DNA of 62,995 bases, counting the filler, from Stramenopiles sp. TOSAG23-2 (Eukaryota): NCBI GenBank assembly GCA_900128395.1. It is 39 parts of 39 records of this genome, joined end to end, with 100 filler letters (N's around TTAATTAATTAA, not from the genome) between each part and the next. Parts side by side here need not be neighbours in the genome. Positions count along the whole stretch, not along the records: positions 57,831 to 62,995 come from LT650713.1; 38 more parts are not named here. One strand, given 5' to 3'. Position numbers and translations under genes: made by a program. Below are positions 58,093 to 62,995 of this stretch, piece by piece. The notes beneath the pieces were generated by a model. The model was not told the origin of the DNA and made no database searches. It saw nothing but the letters and a program-made list of their open reading frames with translations. Every line of letters begins with the position of its first letter. Position 1 is the stretch's first letter.

Positions 58093-60873
58093 ATGGATCA
58101 AACATTTTTACCCTGGGAAGAGAATAATGCAACGTTTGTAGCTGGTGTTAGTCTAAATACTTACCGGGGTACTATGATAAAGAAAGGGCATTTGAACCTT
58201 ACTTTTGAGGTTGCGATACACCACTGCGATGGTGTAATGATAGCTTCCAACCCTCGTCTTGCAAATGAATTGCCTACTTTCCAAGTTAAACACCCTTACC
58301 CAGATATCACGGACAATAATGTTAAAATTAATATCGATTCGTCCAGCTCTAAATCATGGAATCCTCGTATGTTCGGTGCAAACTCTCAATTTATATTTTA
58401 TGGTACAGGAAGCTATGAAAATCCACGTGTTGCTAGCCTCTTAGAAAAAGCTCGTTTGCCACAATTACGATTTCCTGGAGGAAAAGGTGCAAACTATTAC
58501 AATTGGAAAACTGATCGATTATATGACGATGAATGGACTCGCGAAGAGCCGGCGCGATCAAAAGCGGTGGATAATAAATTTAATTTTAGTTTTGCTGAAT
58601 TTTGTAAGACACAGGTGGCACTTAATTCAAGTGGAATATTGGTGTTTAACGTTATCAAAGATAGTCTTGCCGATGCCGTGGGACGTTTGCAAAATCGATT
58701 GGCATGTGGGATAAACATCGACTATATTGAGCTAGGCAATGAAAATATGTATATGACACAAGCACAGGGACATGCGGGACAGGGAAATGCAACAAAGTAT
58801 GCCCTTTGGACGAGCAAAATAGCAAATGCATTGTTGCAAGTGAAACCGGATTTAAAATTTTCTGTTCCAGTGCATCATCACAGCTCATATTCCGAAGATG
58901 GTTGGAATGGCATTTTAGCAAAACAAACGTATTACCATGCCGCATGTATGCATCCCTACCATACTACGGAGACAAGCATTTATGATAGTTTTACTGTGCA
59001 ATTATTATTTAATGCCAGACTATCTTTGGAGCATTACGTAAAAGACTATTTAAAAGGTGGTTTTAAAGGAGTTCCGATGATTTTTTCAGAGTGGGGGATT
59101 AATTATGGCAATACAAATCCTTGGGGAGTAGCAGGGAAATGGGCGATGTCTCTTGCTGAAGCAGATATGTTTACAAAAATTTTGGAGCTTGCACATGAAG
59201 GGCTAGTAGACCAAGCAAGTAAACATATTCTTGCAACTAATGGAGGACACGGATTTTATAAATTTGACGTTTCAGCTGATTCTTTTGTTGCTACACCACA
59301 TAGTGTTTGGTACCGTAAATTTCTAAATGCAGCCCGCGGTAGCAATTCCGTAAAAGTAAATGTTACATCGCCCATGTTTAAGGAGTTATTGCCTGCCGTG
59401 ACAGCTGTTGCATTTGAGCAAGGAAGTGACAGTGATCGATATAAAGTATTACTCGTAAATAAACTTCACAAGGAAGCAAATATTAATGTAACAGTTGATA
59501 AGAAAACGAAGTATGGTGCAAATGTTGAAAGAACATGTAGCACACAGTTTTACAAATTAGAACTGGATCAATGGGAATTCTACAATCTGGAATCTGATGT
59601 TTGGTCAACCGCTATAATTTCAAACTGCAGTAGCGTTCGGATTCCAAATATTTCAGTGGCTGTCACAACAGTGTTGTCGAAACCGGTAGATGCCAAATCA
59701 ATAGCAACAACAACAACAGTTGCTCCTACTTTGGCTCCAACGCAGGAACCAACACAGCAACCAACGCAGCAACCCGCACCTGCACCTACGCCAACAGTGA
59801 CAACAACAAGTGCTCCAGCACCTGCGCCTGCACCTACGCTAACAGTGACAACAACAAGTGCTCAACCAACACAGCAACCAACACCATCAACAACACCATC
59901 AACAACAACTTTGTATCCTGAGATTCCACAAGGTAGGGTGAAAGTTAAACTAACTTTATCTTATGCTGATAATGGTAATAACACATCACCAACTGTGGAG
60001 GATTTTCAATCTCCAGTGATGCAAGCAGCCATAAAAGCCGATTTATCATTGTTGTTGAACATTCCAGAAAACAAAGTCATTATTCTTGCAATATATGAAT
60101 GCCCAGGGGATGATCGATGTTCTTCATCGCGTAGAATGCGCCACCGAAATTTGTTGCAAAAAAGTAGATCAAAACAAATTGTAATTGTATTTGAAACATT
60201 CGAATTGTCAAAGGAAGAAGTGGAAACAATTACAGACCAAGTTACTTCAAATGCATTTCCAACAAATGTAGAGGACAAAGTTGAAAGTTCACTCAAGACA
60301 AACACAGGGAAGACAGTTGATATTACTGCCAGCAAACCTACAATTGTAGAGGGGAGAAATGCCCCTGTTAAAGATAATGAGGATGACAAAACAGCTGTTG
60401 TGGGTAAAAATGACAATGAGTGGAATGTTAAATTGGTTGAATATGTTAGTATTGGTGTATTTAGTGTTATATGCTGTTTAGGATGTATTATTATCTGTGT
60501 ATGTTGTAAACGCAAAAATGAAAGAGATAAAAAGATTATTAAAGGAGGGAAGAAACGGCCAAGCGTAGCAATATTGGAAATGCAACAGAATCCTATAAAT
60601 AATTCGGAAAAGATAATATATTCACATAATCCCATGAAAAATCATCGAAAAAAGTCATGGTGGAAGATAGAGGAACCATCTACAAATGGGGAAAAGAAAA
60701 AGAAGAAAAAGAAGAAAAAGAAGAAGAAAGGCAGTGGAGTAGTCGGAGAAAATACTGACAACAAAATAATTGTCAGGGGTAACGTATGGAAAATATGTGT
60801 AGATCCAAATACTGGGAAATCGTATTATTGGAATAAAAAAACAAATGTAACACAATGGCATAAACCTGTATAA
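58093..60873 (+). CDS. Clan GH-A glycoside hydrolase (GH79/GH51/GH44-like) with Pro/Thr stalk, TM helix and cytoplasmic WW domain
   Basis: LRFPGG, IELGNE (acid/base) and FSEWG (nucleophile); PTQQP repeats; TM helix with a Cys cluster; WKICVDPNTGKSYYWNKKTNVTQWHKP. Confidence 0.8.
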   Translation: MDQTFLPWEENNATFVAGVSLNTYRGTMIKKGHLNLTFEVAIHHCDGVMIASNPRLANELPTFQVKHPYPDITDNNVKINIDSSSSKSWNPRMFGANSQFIFYGTGSYENPRVASLLEKARLPQLRFPGGKGANYYNWKTDRLYDDEWTREEPARSKAVDNKFNFSFAEFCKTQVALNSSGILVFNVIKDSLADAVGRLQNRLACGINIDYIELGNENMYMTQAQGHAGQGNATKYALWTSKIANALLQVKPDLKFSVPVHHHSSYSEDGWNGILAKQTYYHAACMHPYHTTETSIYDSFTVQLLFNARLSLEHYVKDYLKGGFKGVPMIFSEWGINYGNTNPWGVAGKWAMSLAEADMFTKILELAHEGLVDQASKHILATNGGHGFYKFDVSADSFVATPHSVWYRKFLNAARGSNSVKVNVTSPMFKELLPAVTAVAFEQGSDSDRYKVLLVNKLHKEANINVTVDKKTKYGANVERTCSTQFYKLELDQWEFYNLESDVWSTAIISNCSSVRIPNISVAVTTVLSKPVDAKSIATTTTVAPTLAPTQEPTQQPTQQPAPAPTPTVTTTSAPAPAPAPTLTVTTTSAQPTQQPTPSTTPSTTTLYPEIPQGRVKVKLTLSYADNGNNTSPTVEDFQSPVMQAAIKADLSLLLNIPENKVIILAIYECPGDDRCSSSRRMRHRNLLQKSRSKQIVIVFETFELSKEEVETITDQVTSNAFPTNVEDKVESSLKTNTGKTVDITASKPTIVEGRNAPVKDNEDDKTAVVGKNDNEWNVKLVEYVSIGVFSVICCLGCIIICVCCKRKNERDKKIIKGGKKRPSVAILEMQQNPINNSEKIIYSHNPMKNHRKKSWWKIEEPSTNGEKKKKKKKKKKKKGSGVVGENTDNKIIVRGNVWKICVDPNTGKSYYWNKKTNVTQWHKPV

Positions 60874-61316
60874 AAATATTTTTGCATCATATATTTAAAT
60901 ACAATTTTATTTATATTTCTCAATATAATTATCGATGGTTTAAAATCTTAAGTTCTCAATATATATATATATATGTATACTGTTTCGATATTAAATATTT
61001 CACCTTACTCCTCAAAAATCCCTTTCTCCTTCATTTTATATACGACATACTAACACCATCTCAATTTTTCATTCCGTCTCAGTCCCTTTTTTACCTCCTT
61101 ATAATAAAATTTCATAACCAAGCCAGCAAGCAGCTATTATAGCTATTATTAATATATATATAGCCATAATGCTAATTATAATAAATGTATTAAAAAATGT
61201 AAATGGAAAAACAAAAATTACAGTTGAAGTAACAACAAAAGATGAAGATATAGACGTCGTTCATAACATCATATGTATATATACATATACATGTGTATTA
61301 TAAATAAAAAAGAATA

Positions 61317-62672
61317 ATGAATGACAATGGAAACAACGACAAAATAGATGCCGATAATATTAATGATAATACTTTTAAATATTTATCACATGGTGGAAAA
61401 CATATCATTTTTGAAATTTGTAATAATACAAAATATATATTACGTTGTAGTCGTTCTTCTGCTGTAAATAATAATAGCAACAAACCAATAAATAACTATG
61501 TACGTTTTTCTACAGACATTTTTGAAAAGATATTAGGTACCACGACATATTCAACATTAATGCAAAGTCATGGGAATAGTATTATGAAAATTAATAGCAA
61601 CACTTTAAAAAAGTTAAATAATGAAATATTATCAAAGTACAATAGTGATAATAATAAATATAATACTATAACTATTGATAACCCATATGTAAATATAGAG
61701 TTAAATGCCCATTATTCAAAGGAAGTGAATGATTTTCTGCAACAACAAACTTCAGAAACCAATGTAAATAAATATCATCGTTTTTCTATTGAAATAAAAC
61801 CAAAATCTGGAGTTTTATGTCGTAGTAACTTAATTTCAATGAAAAATAGAATAAAGAAAGAAAAATCAATTTATCAACTTCAACAAATATTAAAGCTAAA
61901 AAAAAAGAAAATTGATCAAATTAGTAAATATGATCCAATTGATTTCTTTCATTTTATTGATGATGACAAACAAAATGTTAATATGAAAAAGGCACTAAAG
62001 AATTTATTTGATAATCCACAAAATAATATGAATATATTTTCCATTGAAAATTCAACCGTAGAAAATGTCTCTACTACAAATTTCAAGGAATATTTTAAAT
62101 CGAATAATATAAATAATTATGAAAATATTATTAATCATTTAACAAATATATTAATGAGTAATAAATCACAAATATTATTGAAACAAATATACAATATACA
62201 AGCGATGGATGATTTTGATATTGAAGGCCTTGTTAAGTTAAAATTACCAACATTTGCATTAAATACGGCAAATGCTTTGAATTTTAAAGTAGACAATATA
62301 ATAAATGATGTAAATAATGATGGAATCGATAAAACGTTTGGAAAAATTGGATCAATGAATATTAATTCAATTATAAATGAAAAAATTAAAGAAGACGACG
62401 ATCATGATAATAATAATGTACTTAGTAATTCAGAAAAAATAAAAATTATACGTCGATTTTTATTGAGCAAAACAGCAAAAGATTTGTCATTGGTAATAAC
62501 CACAATATATCCAATAGACAATGAAACTGTAAATGCAGATGAATTGGAAACATTACCATTTTCTATAAAGATTATTGATACAGATTTTAAACCTATTGAT
62601 AAATTTAATGAATGGATACAAAAAGATTTGAATATCATGAATGCATATTTCGAGGAGAAACAAGGGAAATGA
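61317..62672 (+). CDS. IPK1: Inositol-pentakisphosphate 2-kinase
   Basis: YLSHGGKHIIF, IEIKPKSG, YDPIDFF, PQNNMNIF, FLLSKTAKDLS and IIDTDFKP. Confidence 0.88.
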   Translation: MNDNGNNDKIDADNINDNTFKYLSHGGKHIIFEICNNTKYILRCSRSSAVNNNSNKPINNYVRFSTDIFEKILGTTTYSTLMQSHGNSIMKINSNTLKKLNNEILSKYNSDNNKYNTITIDNPYVNIELNAHYSKEVNDFLQQQTSETNVNKYHRFSIEIKPKSGVLCRSNLISMKNRIKKEKSIYQLQQILKLKKKKIDQISKYDPIDFFHFIDDDKQNVNMKKALKNLFDNPQNNMNIFSIENSTVENVSTTNFKEYFKSNNINNYENIINHLTNILMSNKSQILLKQIYNIQAMDDFDIEGLVKLKLPTFALNTANALNFKVDNIINDVNNDGIDKTFGKIGSMNINSIINEKIKEDDDHDNNNVLSNSEKIKIIRRFLLSKTAKDLSLVITTIYPIDNETVNADELETLPFSIKIIDTDFKPIDKFNEWIQKDLNIMNAYFEEKQGK

Positions 62673-62995
62673 TTCTCTTTAAAAAAAGTTTATATTTTTA
62701 ATATATATTAACGACATTACGTGTATAGATATAAAATACGAACTCGTATATGAATTATGATAGAAATAATAAATTATACACAAATATAGCTTAATCAGAA
62801 AACAAACAACACTCTTACTTACATTAGTGCATAAACTATTTCTTATTCTTCCATTTTCTTTTTCTTCAAATAGAGTGAAATAATAAAACTTCTTTTTTAC
62901 AAATTTTTACCAGTTTTTTTTATATTATAATATATATTGAATTTCTACTACGTGTAGAGATATACAAACCGCGATTATTAAGACTTGCGCCTGTA

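Noticed and set aside
71-62638. Many short ORFs antisense to or overlapping real genes, and ORFs in AT-rich intergenic DNA (e.g. 5518-5814, 7484-7765, 22545-22769, 60006-60635)
   Set aside because: Shadow or low-complexity ORFs with no recognisable motifs.

Overview
This window is not one locus. It is a concatenation of 39 unrelated short contigs (36 of about 1.2 kb, then 3 of about 5.2 kb) joined by artificial 100-bp spacers (N44-TTAATTAATTAA-N44, stops in all six frames), so gene neighbourhood across spacers is meaningless and most genes are truncated. The DNA is eukaryotic: AT-rich, intron-poor, Asn-rich proteins, standard code, one clear GT-AG intron. It is probably a fragmentary single-cell or metagenomic assembly of a heterotrophic protist (stramenopile-like by inference, not proven). 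Recognisable genes include CTNNBL1, thioredoxin, RAE1, an Hsp70-family protein, PFKFB, TIPIN/Csm3, a CAD-type alcohol dehydrogenase, GH27 alpha-galactosidase, an IQM-like protein, PSMD9, a NEK kinase, IPK1, LarC and a pLGIC-like channel. The strongest novelty candidate is a redoxin-fold gene split into two in-frame ORFs by a single UGA in its active-site loop and followed by a SECIS-like hairpin, i.e. a putative new selenoprotein with U-x7-C spacing. Other candidates are a collagen family built from Gly-X-Y segments alternating with a CBM5/12-like module, a eukaryotic LarC, a secreted His-before-Cys papain-like protein, an NT5C-HAD/DUF1749 fusion and a glycoside hydrolase-TM-WW receptor-like protein. 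Artefacts include an Illumina adapter, homopolymer frameshifts and inverted chimera-like duplications. All family assignments come from motif recognition; no searches were run.
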